Source: Azolla caroliniana (Eukaryota > Plantae > Polypodiophyta). From it: a stretch of DNA of 64,000 bases. Positions 11,386 to 23,493 of this stretch are shown here, in pieces. The notes under the pieces are model-generated. The model saw only the letters and a list, made by a program, of their open reading frames with translations, ran no database searches and was not told the origin of the DNA. Within the stretch, counting starts at the first letter, position 1; each line of letters starts with the position of its first letter. Location: contig JBHGNT010000003.1 of assembly GCA_043228905.1 (NCBI GenBank), positions 9,920,001 through 9,984,000 of the forward strand, given 5' to 3'. The translations under genes and the position numbers were made by a program.

Positions 11386-11595
11386 GTGATTATATCCTTG
11401 ATTTTTGATGTTATGGGTGTCACTGGCTTACATCTTGTGGTTAACTTTAGCAGACTAGTTCCTTCGCCACCTGAAATTAAACAATTCATTGTATTGTACA
11501 CACTTTTTCTACTAACACCAATTACCTTAGATAGCACACTGATGTTAAGATTGTCAACATCACTATTAAGTAAATCCAGAGGAGATATCATTGTC
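11386..11595 (-). pseudogene. Fragment encoding an HTH-like segment, possibly from a DNA transposase
   Basis: Translation ISVLSKVIGVSRKSVYNTM fits a helix-turn-helix pattern; bounded by TE junctions on both sides. Confidence 0.35.
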
Positions 11596-11800
11596 TTAGG
11601 GAGAGGGTAGAAGAAAAGGAGTTTGCTCTGATGAAGATCGACACTACGGAGAACAGGTCGGACATGCTGACAAAGGTGTTGTCGACAGAGAAGCTGGAAG
11701 CGTGCTGAAGATGGGTTAAACTAGTGAAGTACCCCATCCCGGAGTGAAGGGGTAGTTTGTTGGGAAATAGGTCCCTCCAAAAGGGAAGAGCCCGAGCCGG

Positions 11801-14800
11801 TGTCGTAAAGATTTTCGTCCATAGGCGGAAACCGGGGTGGGAAGGGCAAGTCGGTGGTGTGCTACATGTGCACATGTAAACTAGGATATGGTGTATAGAA
11901 AGAGAGGGGAAATTTTATCCCACATTGTAAGGTCCCTCCCTCCTTGGGCTATAAAAGGAAGGGAGGGGTCACTTATGAGGGGTTGCCTATTTTGAGGGAG
12001 AGAGGCATACCACTTAGGTCGAGGGTTTCCTATTCGGTTTTAGGGTTTCGGTTAGGGTTTTCTTCTTGGGTTTTCTTTAGGGTTTTCTTATAGTCGTTTG
12101 GTGCGGCCATGGCGGCCACCATTGTTGTAATCATTCATTTCTTAATAGAACTTCTTGTTGAGTATCTTGATTGCATCTTCTTCTTCTTCTATCATAATGT
12201 CATATTCGTTCTCTTCTCCTCTTGAGCTAATCTTTCTCCTCCACTCCCTAGTCCAAGACCCTCGTGGTCCCGCCCTTCTACACGCATGCGCATAACAACG
12301 CGACATCTTTGGTGAACCTGACGTGAAGGGCGGCAAGGGAGCATGGAGATGGAAGAAGACTTTGACTTCGACGAGATGATGGCAAAGATCATGATGGAAG
12401 CCGGACGGAAGATGGCGAAGCGAGATGCGGCTCAACAAGCCGTCGAAAGGGTGGTTGATCGAGTCGGCCGGTTCAATGGGAATGAGGTCCCAAAATTTTT
12501 GGGAGCCTACAAGGCCGAGATGGCGAAAGGGGGCGTGGATGAGGTGATGCGGCTAGAGTGTTTTCCTCGAGTGGCGGCCGCATCGGTGCACAAGGAGGTC
12601 AAGGAGCTACGAGAAGCTCACTAGTCATGGGTGTCCTTGGAGGGAGCCCTATTGGAAGCGTATGGATACGCGAAACCGGAGTGGGTATGTCGGCAATCCA
12701 ATGGGGAGCGGTCAGCAACAACGTGGCCCGCGAACAGCGGAGAAGAGAGAGCGGCGAGTGAGTACGCACTACCGCCGGAAGAGAGCTCAACGCAAAACGG
12801 TTTGGAGGAGCTCAACCTAGAAGCGCTAATATGGGAGGCATGCGAGCTTGTGAAGGGGAAAATCGAAGCCGAAGAAGGGCTTATTATGGAGTCGGGCCGG
12901 AGGCGATCGGAGGATGCGGAGGAAGAAGCCTCCCGAAGCGTAGAAGACGGGGCCTATACGGAGGCCGGACATGGGAGAGGGTGCGGAGCAAGCGACCCTC
13001 TTGCCTTGCGGTGAAGGGACGGCCATGGAGGCCGGTAACTACGGATTCGGGACATGGCGGCCCGAAACATCGAGTGAGGAGGAGACAAGCGGTGGTGCCG
13101 CGACCTTACACACACCGGTCCTAGAGACTCCGGCATCCGGCCCGAGAGCCGGTGTGAGACCTAGAGTGACGGACGGTGGTGGCGGCAAGGCGGGCAACCG
13201 AGACGACGGCATGGAAGAGACAGTAGCAAGCATAATCGAGGCTTGCGCGATTGGAGGCGGGTTAGCCGCGGACAACGACGTCCGAACGGAAGCGGCTACG
13301 GACACAACGAGCGGCGGTGCCGGGTCCTTACCCACACCGGTCCTAGAGGCTCCGGCGGCCGGCCCGAGTGCCGGCGTGAGACCTAGAGCAACGGGCAGTG
13401 GCGGCAACAAGGAGGGAAACCAAGACAACGGCAAGGAAAGCGAGGAAGAAGGGGCAGCAAGCATAATCGAGGCTTGCGGAATCGGAGATGGGGGAGCCGT
13501 GGACAACGACGTTCGGACGGAGGCGGCTACAGCAACGACGAGCGGAGGTGCTGGGACCTTACCCACACCTATTCTAGAGACTTCGACGGTCGGCCCCGAG
13601 AGCCCACGTGAGACCGGAGAGACGAAAGGTGGCGGCGGCAAAGCGGATGACCGAAACAACAACGAGGAAGGTCATAGTGGACGGAGGAAAGACCCCTCGA
13701 CACCGGAACCGGAGACTACGGCGATTACGCTCGAATGCCAACATAAGACCGGAGAGAAGGGCGGTGGCCATGAGGAGGCGTGGCCCGGAGCGAACACGTG
13801 CGAAGATGAGGATGCGAGGCTCGGAACGGGCACATACAAGAGGATTGACGGAGAGGTTGGGAACGGCAAGGAGGAGAGAGTCGGGAACCAACCCGATTGG
13901 AAGATAAACCGGTCAATAATCCGACACAACCGGAAGACGAGGCGGAAGAAGATTGGAGCGGGGTCCGGTCAAACGGGCCCGAACCGAAGAAGAGCCGGCA
14001 AGGCCGGATTGGTGCGAACAAACATGTACCGGCCGGTTATGGTTACGGAAGGGAGTCGACCAAACCGGAACTCGATCGGCCGAGACCGATCCGGGCGAAG
14101 GCTAAGACGGCATGATTGGAGGTCGAGGCGAACGAGCCACAACACCCGGTGGGAGCCGGTGACGCGAGAAGGAGGCTAACCGGGCACGGTGATTACGTCT
14201 TGGCGGAAGACCGAGAGCAAGAGGAACCCTCCACACCTATTCTTGAGACTTTGGCAGTTGCAGATCAACGTAAGACCAAAGAGACGGCAGAAGGCGGCGA
14301 GGAGTCGGAGACCGGAACGGACGAGGCTACCGGAACGGGTACCCGGTGCGTGAAGGCGGACGAGCACGGCCAAGACGGCAAGCCGGAGTCGAAAGGGGCT
14401 ACGACAACGAAATACGAAGAGGCCGACACGGAGGTCGGGACTACAATGAGGGAGGCGCGTAATACGAAGTATGCACTACGGCGTAAAACGGAGCATGCAC
14501 TACGGCCGGCGAAGGGCCAAGAAGCAAGCGTGCATTCGGAGGAGCCGCAACAAGTGACCGACGATGACGGTCGGAGGAAGCCTTCGAGAGGCAAGCGCGG
14601 GACGACGGACGGTGCGACGAGACGCCAAGATCAACGAAACGAGACGAGTGTGATCGGCACGAACGAAGGACTGTGTCTGGGAAAACGGAGGGGATGCGTG
14701 GAGAACGGAGGGTCACGTACCGTGAAGAGCAAACGGGGCATCCCAAAGGATGTGTGCGACCGAGCGGGCCAGGCGGGCCAAAAAGGCGCAAGTCGGGGCG

Positions 14801-16570
14801 AGGCGGTAACGAGAGCCTCGAGGGACACCAACATGGAGGTCAGGATGACGGTACGCTCTACGGCGAGAGAGCACGACGGGCAAGGGAGAGGCAAGGAATG
14901 CGGAATGGGGCCGCCTAAGGGCCAAAGAATGAGCGCATATTTGGGGGACAACATCGACGCATGGGAAGAGCCTACGGAAGGCAAGCGCGGAGCGGGAAGA
15001 GTCGACACACCGAGGTGTTCGACTTGCGGAGACGATAAAACCAAAGGAGCGGCACGCAAAGGGCGGAAACCGGAGTGCGACCGGAGAGATCCGGAGCGCA
15101 TTCGGAGGACATGCGAGGCGGACCAAGAGGGTGTACCTCGGGGCGAAGCGGCAACATCGGAGGTTGCGGAGGACACCGAAGACGAGAGCACCGACACGGA
15201 TGTCGGGGAAGCAACGTACCTTTTCGAAAGGGTATGCAGAGCGGAGCGGAGTGCGAGACGTGCGATGTGGCCGCGTAAGGGCCGAACGACAAGCACGAGG
15301 ATGATCGGCGAGCATGGAAGGCTATGTCTTGAGAACCGGAGGAGGTGCGTGGAGAGCAACGCTACGGAAGCACGGCATCCTAGAAGGCATGCGAGGCCAA
15401 GCGGGCCAAGAGGACGAGAGACGGGATGAAGCGGTAATGGGAGTCGCAAAGGACACTGACATGGTGGTCGGGATGACGGTATGCTCTCGGACGAGAGAGC
15501 ACGGCGCGCAACGGAGAAGCGAGGAGCGTGTAATGAGGTCGTCGAGGGACCGAAGAACGAGCGCATGTTCGGGAGACAACAAGGGCCCACAGAAAGAGCC
15601 TACGGAAGGTGAGTGCAAAACGGAGGGAATCGGCACGAGGTGTTCGAGACGAAGGGAGGATCGAGCTAGAGATAGAACACAAGCGGTATGCGAGGGGCAG
15701 AATCCGGCGAGCAAACGGGGTGACCAAGGGCTTAATCAGAGGACCTACGTGGCGGACAAAGAAAGAGTGACCGGATCGGCAATGGCGTTCAGGAGGACCG
15801 ACCGGGGAGGAAGGCGCGTGTGGTGGATATGGCAGTTCGGATGGAGCCACCGGTTCGGGGACACACGGTGGACGTGGTGGATCGGATGGAGCTGATGGGT
15901 TGAGGCCGGTAAGGAGCCGGCAAGACGGATCGGCGCCGGCAAGGGACCAGCAAGACGGTTGGGTGCCGGTAAGGCGAAAGACCCGGTTGATCACCGTTGC
16001 CGAAATCTCTCACCCTTTTCCTTTCTTGGCACATACCGGTGGATGTGCGGTTTGGTGGGGGTGGATGTCGTGAAGATTTTCGTCCATAGGCGGAAACCGG
16101 GGTGGGAAGGGCAAGTCGGTGGTGTGCTACATGTGCACATGTAAACTAGGATATGGTGTATAGAAAGAGAGGGGAAATTTTATCCCACATTGTAAGGTCC
16201 CTCCCTCCTTGGGCTATAAAAGGAAGGGAGGGGTCACTTATGAGGGGTTGCCTATTTTGAGGGAGAGAGGCATACCACTTAGGTCGAGGGTTTCCTATTC
16301 GGTTTTAGGGTTTCGGTTAGGGTTTTCTTCTTGGGTTTTCTTTAGGGTTTTCTTATAGTCGTTTGGTGCGGCCATGGCGGCCACCATTGTTGTAATCATT
16401 CATTTCTTAATAGAACTTCTTGTTGAGTATCTTGATTGCATCTTCTTCTTCTTCTATCATAATGTCATATTCGTTCTCTTCTCCTCTTGAGCTAATCTTT
16501 CTCCTCCACTCCCTAGTCCAAGACCCTCGTGGTCCCGCCCTTCTACACGCACGTGCGTAACAACGCGACA
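11801..16570 (+). mobile_element. Non-autonomous Gypsy-derived LTR element C (Gag N-terminus only, no pol)
   Basis: 505-bp LTRs 11801-12305 and 16066-16570 (about 4 differences seen). 4-bp TSD CCGG. tRNA-Trp PBS at 12310-12327. Gag-like ORF from 12343. PPT GGTGGGGGTGGA. No PR/RT/RH/IN motifs. Confidence 0.92.
12343..12680 (+). pseudogene. gag: Gag N-terminal domain of element C (one in-frame stop at 12622-12624)
   Basis: AVERVVDRVGRFNGNEVPKFLGAYKAEM...SWVSLEGALL aligns by eye with SVERLVQRNGQFNGKDVSRYLQDYKAEM...TWEAFEGALK of element D. Confidence 0.8.
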
Positions 16571-17633
16571 CCGGATTGGTTGGAGTCGATATCGGCCTCG
16601 ACCAAAAAATCGTATAATAATCGATTTGGCTAATAGTCGAATCGATCGAAGCTGACTCGAGGCTAGATTTGTAAATAGTCATATATGAACATGAGCATAA
16701 ATATACTTAGGGCAAGTAGTTAGATAGGATGATTATCATTATTGTGAAAAGATATAGTGTGGTGTTGCCTCTGTAACTAGCGTGGGAGAGTAAGAGAGTG
16801 TGAGTAACTCTATAGCCGTTTGTGGACAAAGAAGAGCTCAAGGTCATTGTCTTGAAGCGTCTTGTTGTATTCCTCCTATTATAGTGATAAAGTTCAGAGT
16901 TTGTGAACTCCGTGTGGTTTTTCCCGTTCAGGGTTTCCCACGTAAAATATTTGTGTCTCTATACTTCTAGTTTCTGTTTTGTCTGTGCACTGTAATTCTT
17001 GATCTTTGCACCCGCATACGCATACGTATAAACCTGTTGTGGTCGACAGTATCCTCGACAGAACTCTACCCTAATTCATGGCATTGTAGCAATCAATGGT
17101 AGTTGCGGTCTCGTCAGCTCACTCGATTCGCCATCACCGAGTGTTTCAACCCTCCTGCCCTATCTTTCTTTCCGTCTTCATTACGTAATCAGTGCTTAAT
17201 GTTATTGCTACCACCATTGTAATTGTTTGCTCGAACCGTTGTACATGCCCTAACCTATAAAGGGTTTTTCTTGTTTAATGAAAGTGTTCCTGAACTAACG
17301 CAAGGTTCCTCGTTCTTAATCTTGCTTGTCCATCTTTTATTTTATGTTCACCATGTTAATCACTTGTTTCCACCCTAACCTCATCCATTAATCGTTGGCC
17401 TACTTGCAAAAGGGAGGAAAGAGAAGGACACAACTTTCCCTTCAACTCTACTATCCCTTTGTCTTTACTTCCCTTCAACTTTGGAGAACTTTTGACTTCA
17501 AAGAACCTTCGAATTTGGGGATGTTTCAACTCTAGAGAACCTTCGACTTTGACACGCCTCCAAGTTTGAGGAGCTCTCGACTCTATCGAGCTCTCGAGTC
17601 ACCTATCATCCACACCCTCTCAGCCCATGTGTC

Positions 17634-20600
17634 TGTCGAATGCATGTATATAATGGACGTATTCACACTATCTCGTATTTGGCCATTCTTGTAATTAGCA
17701 TAAAGGGTAGTTGCCCTAAGTCGGTCACTATATATAGTGACCTTGTAACCTCTTTGTGAGGTTGGCTGTTGTATTGTTGCTTTGTGTAAGAGAAAGTCTT
17801 TTGTGTCTCTCTCTCTCTCCCTCTCTCTCTCTCTGTGCAACGACCTACATTCTGTCATACACAGGGAATAAACAGGAATCGAGTGCTTCAAGATCTTCCG
17901 CACAGACGACATTGCTTACAACATCTGGTATCAGAGCCTGCACAGTAGTCGGTCCTTCAATCCGCTGTCGGCCGTCGTCTCTGCATTCGGTTTCCTGCGT
18001 CATTCGAAGAAGAAAGAAGAAAAAAAAAAAAAAACCAGGTTTGCATCTCATTGCGTTAGATCCTCTTGCTTGGAGTAAGCCAGCAGGTCGTACTCTGTCC
18101 CTTGTGATCGTAACCGCTCGAGGTGAAATCCCCTTGTGCAACTTTGACAACAACCCAAATTCGTGCTTCATCTGGCTGATCGACATTCGGGAGGATCAGT
18201 CGGATCCGTCTCTCTCGTCGCTGCAGTCAACCGAAGCAAAATCGGTTCAGATAATCGGTTTTAATAATCGGTATTCGGCATATATATCCGAAACGAACCA
18301 GGCTCCGACTCGGCAACATTCGGGAAGACCAGTCGGTTCTGTCCCTCAAGCTACCGAAGTCAATTCGAGCAAGTTCCGAAGCCGAACCGACTCGGGTTCG
18401 AATCCGACTAGAGCGATATCGGGTGAGCCAACCGGCTGCACTCCAACAAGGTTCGTAGTCAACAACCGAAACCGAATTTGATGGCATCAACATCCGGCTC
18501 GTCAGAAATGAGTCTACGAAAGTTCGATGGATCGAACTTCAACTTCTGGAAGGAACAAATGCAGGACTATCTCATAGTCAAGGGGCAAATCGATCCCATC
18601 GAAAATGAAGAACCTCCAGAAGGATACAAACCAATTGAGTGGCAGAAGCTGGACAGAATCGTCCGCGCAACGATTCGGATGCACCTATCGGAATCGGTAT
18701 ACTTTACGGTGCAATCGTGTACGACAGCATTCGAACTGTGGAAAACCCTGTCGGACACTTACGAAAAGAAGGTCGCCGCAACGAAAATGTTTCTGATCCG
18801 GCGCCTCTACAACTTGCGGATGAAAGAATCCGACTCGGTTCAGGCACACCTCAATGAGTACGAAAGCATAAGCTCCCAAATCTCGTCACAGGGGACGGCA
18901 ATCGAGGATGAACTCAGAGCAATGATACTCATGAGCAGCCTTCCCTCATCATGGGAAACTTTCGTTACAACCGTGTGCAACGCGTCAACCACGGCTGTTA
19001 AATACTCCGAAGTCACGAGCGCAATCCTGACCGAAGCAGCTCGGAGAAAGTCTTTCGCCAAAGACTCAACAGACGACGCTTACGTAGTACAAGGTTCGAC
19101 AGACCGATCGAACATACGAGGAAGAGATTCCTCACGACCGCCGAACAATCAGCGAAGACGGAGCCAGTCACGGGACAACCGAATCTGCAACTATTGCAAG
19201 AAACCCGGACACATCAAAGCCGACTGCCGCGCACTGAAGAACAAGAACAACAAGAAGAGTGGCCGGCATGAGGAGATCAATTACGTCAGCTTCTCAGCTG
19301 ACGTACTACCGGACGACCCGAATATACTATCAATCGAAAATCCAGTCGGATCAGAAGTTCTACTCACGACTGAAGAATCGAGCACATGGCTCTTAGATTC
19401 GGGCGCGTCATTTCACGTGACTCCTCATCGATCCCAATTTCGGCAATACACGATCCGTCACTCCGACTCAGTTCGGGTCGGTAACTCGCAACACTGTGAC
19501 ATCATCGGAATCGGCACAGTAGAGCTCAACCTTGCAGGTGGCTCTACACTTGTACTCCACAATGTTCGACATGTACCCGAGCTCTCAAGGCCATTGATCT
19601 CAGTCGGACAACTAGATGAAGACGGCATTCGTGCCGGTTTTTCTTCGGGAGGGTGGACACTCCACAGGGGGAACCTCCTGCTTGCTAGAGGACCCAAGAT
19701 ACACTCACTGTATCCGTTACATGTTACACTCAGAGAGGGTAACCTGTTCTTGGTGGATATTCCTGTGTCATCACTATGGCACCGAAGATTAGGACACCTC
19801 AGCAAGGCCGGCATCACGCATCTATCTAGAGCCGGATACATCCCCAAACTCTCCTTCTCCGACCATCAATTCTGCGAGCATTGCCAGTATGGCAAACAAG
19901 CAGCCGCATCACACCCGACATCAGCACCAAGAGAAACAAGACCTCTCGATTTGATCCACTCGGACGTCTGCGGCCCAATGCCGCATCAGTCTCTTGGCGG
20001 TGCATCTTACTTCGTCACTTTCATTGACGACTCGACTCGAAAGGTGTGGGCGTATCCAATTCGCACCAAAGATCGTGTCTTCTCGATCTTTTCAGATTGG
20101 CTCGCTATGGTGGAAAATCAAACCGACCGAAAGCTGAAATGCCTTCGGACAGACAATGGGGGAGAGTTCAAATCCGAAGAATTCGTCAAATTCTGCCGAC
20201 AACGCGGCATCCGACGTGAACTTACGGCACCACACAGTCCGGAGCAAAACGGGATTGCCGAACGAATGAATCGGACAATCCAAGAAAGGATAGTTTCCAT
20301 GCTCCAACACTCCGGACTGTCGGATGGCTTCTGGGCAGAGGCTTTACTCACGGCAGTACACATAATCAATATGTCGCCAAGTAGACCTCTAGGACTTCAA
20401 ATTCCTCAGGAACTATGGATCGGCAGCAAGCCGAATTACGACAAGCTGAGGATCTTCGGATGCGAGGCGTACGCCCTCATTCCGAAAGATGATCGCCGAA
20501 AACTTGCACCTCGGTCCAGGAAATGCATTTTCCTTGGATATGGATCCGACGGCGAAATGGGATACCGACTCTGGGACCCCGAACGCAGACAAATCGTTCG

Positions 20601-22978
20601 AAGTTCGGACGTTGTGTTCAACGAGTCGGCTATGAATCCATCAGTCGAAAAACCGATCGAAGTCCGAAGGGTAACATTTTCCGATGTGCCGACCCTTCAA
20701 GAAGGCCCCGCTCTCAACACACGGTCAGCTCCACGGGTAGCTGAACCTTACACTACCGACTCGGACAACTCCGACTCGGCACAGCAGACCAATCCGCTTT
20801 CGGACCATCCGACCACGATACCCGATGCGACCAGTCCAATCATGCCTCGACGATCCGAGAGACTGTCGCAACCTCCGGAGAGGTACTCTCCTGGAATTTT
20901 CTTCACCGACGCCGGCGAACCGACGTCTTACGAAGAAGCATCGACATCTGTCGATTCGGCCACATGGCATCTGGCGATGGAGTCGGAAATGCACTCCATT
21001 CGGGCAAACAAGACTTGGGATCTGGTCGAATTACCTAGGAACCGACGTGCTCTTCCTTGCAAGTGGGTTTATCGACTCAAAGAGACGTCTGATTCGACCA
21101 CCCCAAAGTACAAGGCCAGATTAGTTGCGAAGGGCTTCCGACAAGAATATGGCGTCGACTTCGACGAGATTTTTTCACCAGTGGTGAAAATGACAACCCT
21201 TCGTTTTCTGCTCGGCGTCGTGGCAGCCGACAACTTGGAGCTGATTCAGCTAGATGTCAAAACAGCCTTCCTCCATGGTGATCTCGAGGAGGAAATTTAT
21301 ATGGAGCAGCCCAAAGGCTTCGTGGCCACCGGCCAAGAACATCTAGTCTGCCGACTCAGGAAGAGTCTATACGGCCTCAAACAGGCACCGCGACAATGGT
21401 ACAAGAAGTTCGACGACTTCATCCAATCGATCGGCTTCTCCAAAAGCGATGAGGACCATTGTCTCTTCACCAACACAGCTCAAGATGGTTCACCCATCTT
21501 CCTCATCATTTACGTGGACGACATGCTAATTTCTGGACGCCACGCGGGCGAACTTGCCGATCTCGTTCGGCAACTGCGGTTGAAGTTTGCCATGAAGGAC
21601 CTCGGTCCGGCACGACACATCCTTGGCATGAAGATCAGTCGGCATCGCGATAAACGACATCTTTTTTTGTCTCAGACCGACTATATCGGACGTGTCTTGG
21701 AACGCTTCAACATGCAATCAGCCAAATCTGCTTCAACCCCGCTCCCAATGAATCTTCGGCTCTCTCAGCGAGACTGCCCGACATCCGGCCCGGAGGGGGA
21801 AGATATGAAGTCGGTACCGTATGCACCGGCAGTCGGCTCCCTTATGTACCTGATGGTCGCGACACGGCCTGATATTTCTCACGCCGTAGGAGTCGTTAGC
21901 AGATTTATGCACAACCCTGGCCGATCGCATTGGAACGCAGTCAAGCATGTGTTCAGATATCTGGTTGGCACAAAAGACCATGGCATTCTTTTCGGTCCGA
22001 ACCGAACCTCAGGCGTAGTCGGTTACACCGACTCGGACTTCGCCGGCTGTATAGACAGTCGGAAATCAACAACCGGATACTGCTTCAAATTCGGCAATGG
22101 AGCAATCTCGTGGAAGTCGAAACTTCAGGAGTGCACAGCGACCTCAACGACCGAAGCAGAATATGTAGCCGCGTCCGACGCAGCAAAAGAAGCTTTGTGG
22201 CTCGGTCGGCTGGCGCACACGTTTCGACAAGTCGAACATGACTCGGCTCCAGTCGTCTACAGCGACAGTCAAGGTGCTGTTGCCTTGTCGAAAAATCCGG
22301 TTCACCACAACGCCTCCAAACATATCGACGTTCGATATCACTTCGTTCGGGACTGCGTCATTTCAGGGAAAATCGGTCTAGAGAAAATATCCACAACCGA
22401 TAATGTCGCAGATGGAATGACCAAATGTCTCTCGGCAGACCGTTTTCGGTCTCTTCGGCATCAGATGGGCGTAACGACAAACCAGTCCGGTTAGAGCCGG
22501 ACACAGAGCAGGATGGTTCCCGACAACCGACATCAGTTCCTTAATGATCGGCTTCAACTGTTCCGACCCGACCAGTTTCGGTCTTCTGTCTTCGGATCCT
22601 GCCGACTCGAACAAAGCTGATATGTCCGAGAACATAAGTCTATACCTGTAATCTTAGATAACCCATGTATACGCCCATTACGGGGGAGTGTCGAATGCAT
22701 GTATATAATGGACGTATTCACACTATCTCGTATTTGGCCATTCTTGTAATTAGCATAAAGGGTAGTTGCCCTAAGTCGGTCACTATATATAGTGACCTTG
22801 TAACCTCTTTGTGAGGTTGGCTGTTGTATTGTTGCTTTGTGTAAGAGAAAGTCTTTTGTGTCTCTCTCTCTCTCCCTCTCTCTCTCTCTGTGCAACGACC
22901 TACATTCTGTCATACACAGGGAATAAACAGGAATCGAGTGCTTCAAGATCTTCCGCACAGACGACATTGCTTACAACA
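17634..22978 (+). mobile_element. Intact full-length Ty1/Copia retrotransposon E
   Basis: 290-bp LTRs 17634-17923 and 22689-22978 appear identical. 5-bp TSD GTGTC. PBS TGGTATCAGAGC at 17926-17937. PPT GGGGGAG. Single uninterrupted polyprotein. Confidence 0.98.
18481..22494 (+). CDS. Copia Gag-Pol polyprotein (Gag, CCHC, PR, GAG-pre, IN, RT, RNaseH)
   Basis: About 1337 aa: CNYCKKPGHIKADC, WLLDSGAS, HSDVCGP, TDNGGEF, QLDVKTAFLHG, YVDD, YTDSDFAG. Confidence 0.97.
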   Translation: MASTSGSSEMSLRKFDGSNFNFWKEQMQDYLIVKGQIDPIENEEPPEGYKPIEWQKLDRIVRATIRMHLSESVYFTVQSCTTAFELWKTLSDTYEKKVAATKMFLIRRLYNLRMKESDSVQAHLNEYESISSQISSQGTAIEDELRAMILMSSLPSSWETFVTTVCNASTTAVKYSEVTSAILTEAARRKSFAKDSTDDAYVVQGSTDRSNIRGRDSSRPPNNQRRRSQSRDNRICNYCKKPGHIKADCRALKNKNNKKSGRHEEINYVSFSADVLPDDPNILSIENPVGSEVLLTTEESSTWLLDSGASFHVTPHRSQFRQYTIRHSDSVRVGNSQHCDIIGIGTVELNLAGGSTLVLHNVRHVPELSRPLISVGQLDEDGIRAGFSSGGWTLHRGNLLLARGPKIHSLYPLHVTLREGNLFLVDIPVSSLWHRRLGHLSKAGITHLSRAGYIPKLSFSDHQFCEHCQYGKQAAASHPTSAPRETRPLDLIHSDVCGPMPHQSLGGASYFVTFIDDSTRKVWAYPIRTKDRVFSIFSDWLAMVENQTDRKLKCLRTDNGGEFKSEEFVKFCRQRGIRRELTAPHSPEQNGIAERMNRTIQERIVSMLQHSGLSDGFWAEALLTAVHIINMSPSRPLGLQIPQELWIGSKPNYDKLRIFGCEAYALIPKDDRRKLAPRSRKCIFLGYGSDGEMGYRLWDPERRQIVRSSDVVFNESAMNPSVEKPIEVRRVTFSDVPTLQEGPALNTRSAPRVAEPYTTDSDNSDSAQQTNPLSDHPTTIPDATSPIMPRRSERLSQPPERYSPGIFFTDAGEPTSYEEASTSVDSATWHLAMESEMHSIRANKTWDLVELPRNRRALPCKWVYRLKETSDSTTPKYKARLVAKGFRQEYGVDFDEIFSPVVKMTTLRFLLGVVAADNLELIQLDVKTAFLHGDLEEEIYMEQPKGFVATGQEHLVCRLRKSLYGLKQAPRQWYKKFDDFIQSIGFSKSDEDHCLFTNTAQDGSPIFLIIYVDDMLISGRHAGELADLVRQLRLKFAMKDLGPARHILGMKISRHRDKRHLFLSQTDYIGRVLERFNMQSAKSASTPLPMNLRLSQRDCPTSGPEGEDMKSVPYAPAVGSLMYLMVATRPDISHAVGVVSRFMHNPGRSHWNAVKHVFRYLVGTKDHGILFGPNRTSGVVGYTDSDFAGCIDSRKSTTGYCFKFGNGAISWKSKLQECTATSTTEAEYVAASDAAKEALWLGRLAHTFRQVEHDSAPVVYSDSQGAVALSKNPVHHNASKHIDVRYHFVRDCVISGKIGLEKISTTDNVADGMTKCLSADRFRSLRHQMGVTTNQSG

Positions 22979-23493
22979 GTGTCCTCCGTAGTCCTAAGTC
23001 CCTCGTGGTTCTACTCGAGCAGCACACGCACACGTATTTACGCAACAACATAATAATGTCGAATGATGCATGGGGGCATGTGAGGAAAAGTGTGGTCCTT
23101 GGCCGTCCCTTGTAGACAAACTAACACACTCACAAGCAACATTGGACACACTCTTGGGACAGAGGGAAAGCCGTCGGGCTTGGTTTCTTATTACAGTATT
23201 GTATTCTGTCTCCATTACAAAAGGAGCTCGCAATGTCTAACGTTCTTTTGGTCGAACGAACCAGAACTAGCCCAGGGAGGGAATAAACCCCGCGCCATGC
23301 CATACCCTCTCTTTTTCCCCCTAATCAAGGAATTTTGAGAGTGAAGACTTGGGCCCTAAGCTTTGCTTATATCATCGACAATGTGTGAACCTAAAGTCGG
23401 CGAGAGAGCCAAGGACATTGCCGAGTTTTCATCGCCCGAATTCCATGGGCACAAGAACTACTACATTATGTCATGGAGACACACTCCTTAGAC

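Larger units (their letters stand above)
11596..17034 (+). mobile_element. Copia 3' remnant (RNaseH end, PPT, LTR from 11758) split by element C; the LTR resumes at 16575 (end approximate)
   Basis: KIDTTENRSDMLTKVL RNaseH tail and GAAGGGGTAGT PPT. LTR starts TGTTGGG at 11758 and is interrupted at 11800. Confidence 0.65.
17035..23050 (+). mobile_element. Probable solo LTR (TGTTGT...ACAACA) split by Copia E
   Basis: Inverted termini, CTATAAA TATA box, and a U5-like motif GTCCTAAGTCCCTCGTGGTTC at about 22990. No matching TSD seen. Confidence 0.45.

Noticed and set aside
12038-12090. Interstitial telomere repeat
   Set aside because: Only scattered TTAGGGTTT telo-box-like motifs inside an LTR, not a tandem array.
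12971-15994. env-like or captured host gene in element C; long antisense ORFs
   Set aside because: No transmembrane segment or recognisable domain on the sense strand. The antisense ORFs are expected from GC-rich repetitive sequence.
17583-18481. ORFs of 109-241 aa across the Copia E LTR and leader
   Set aside because: They span LTR, microsatellite and poly-A sequence and have no protein-like features.
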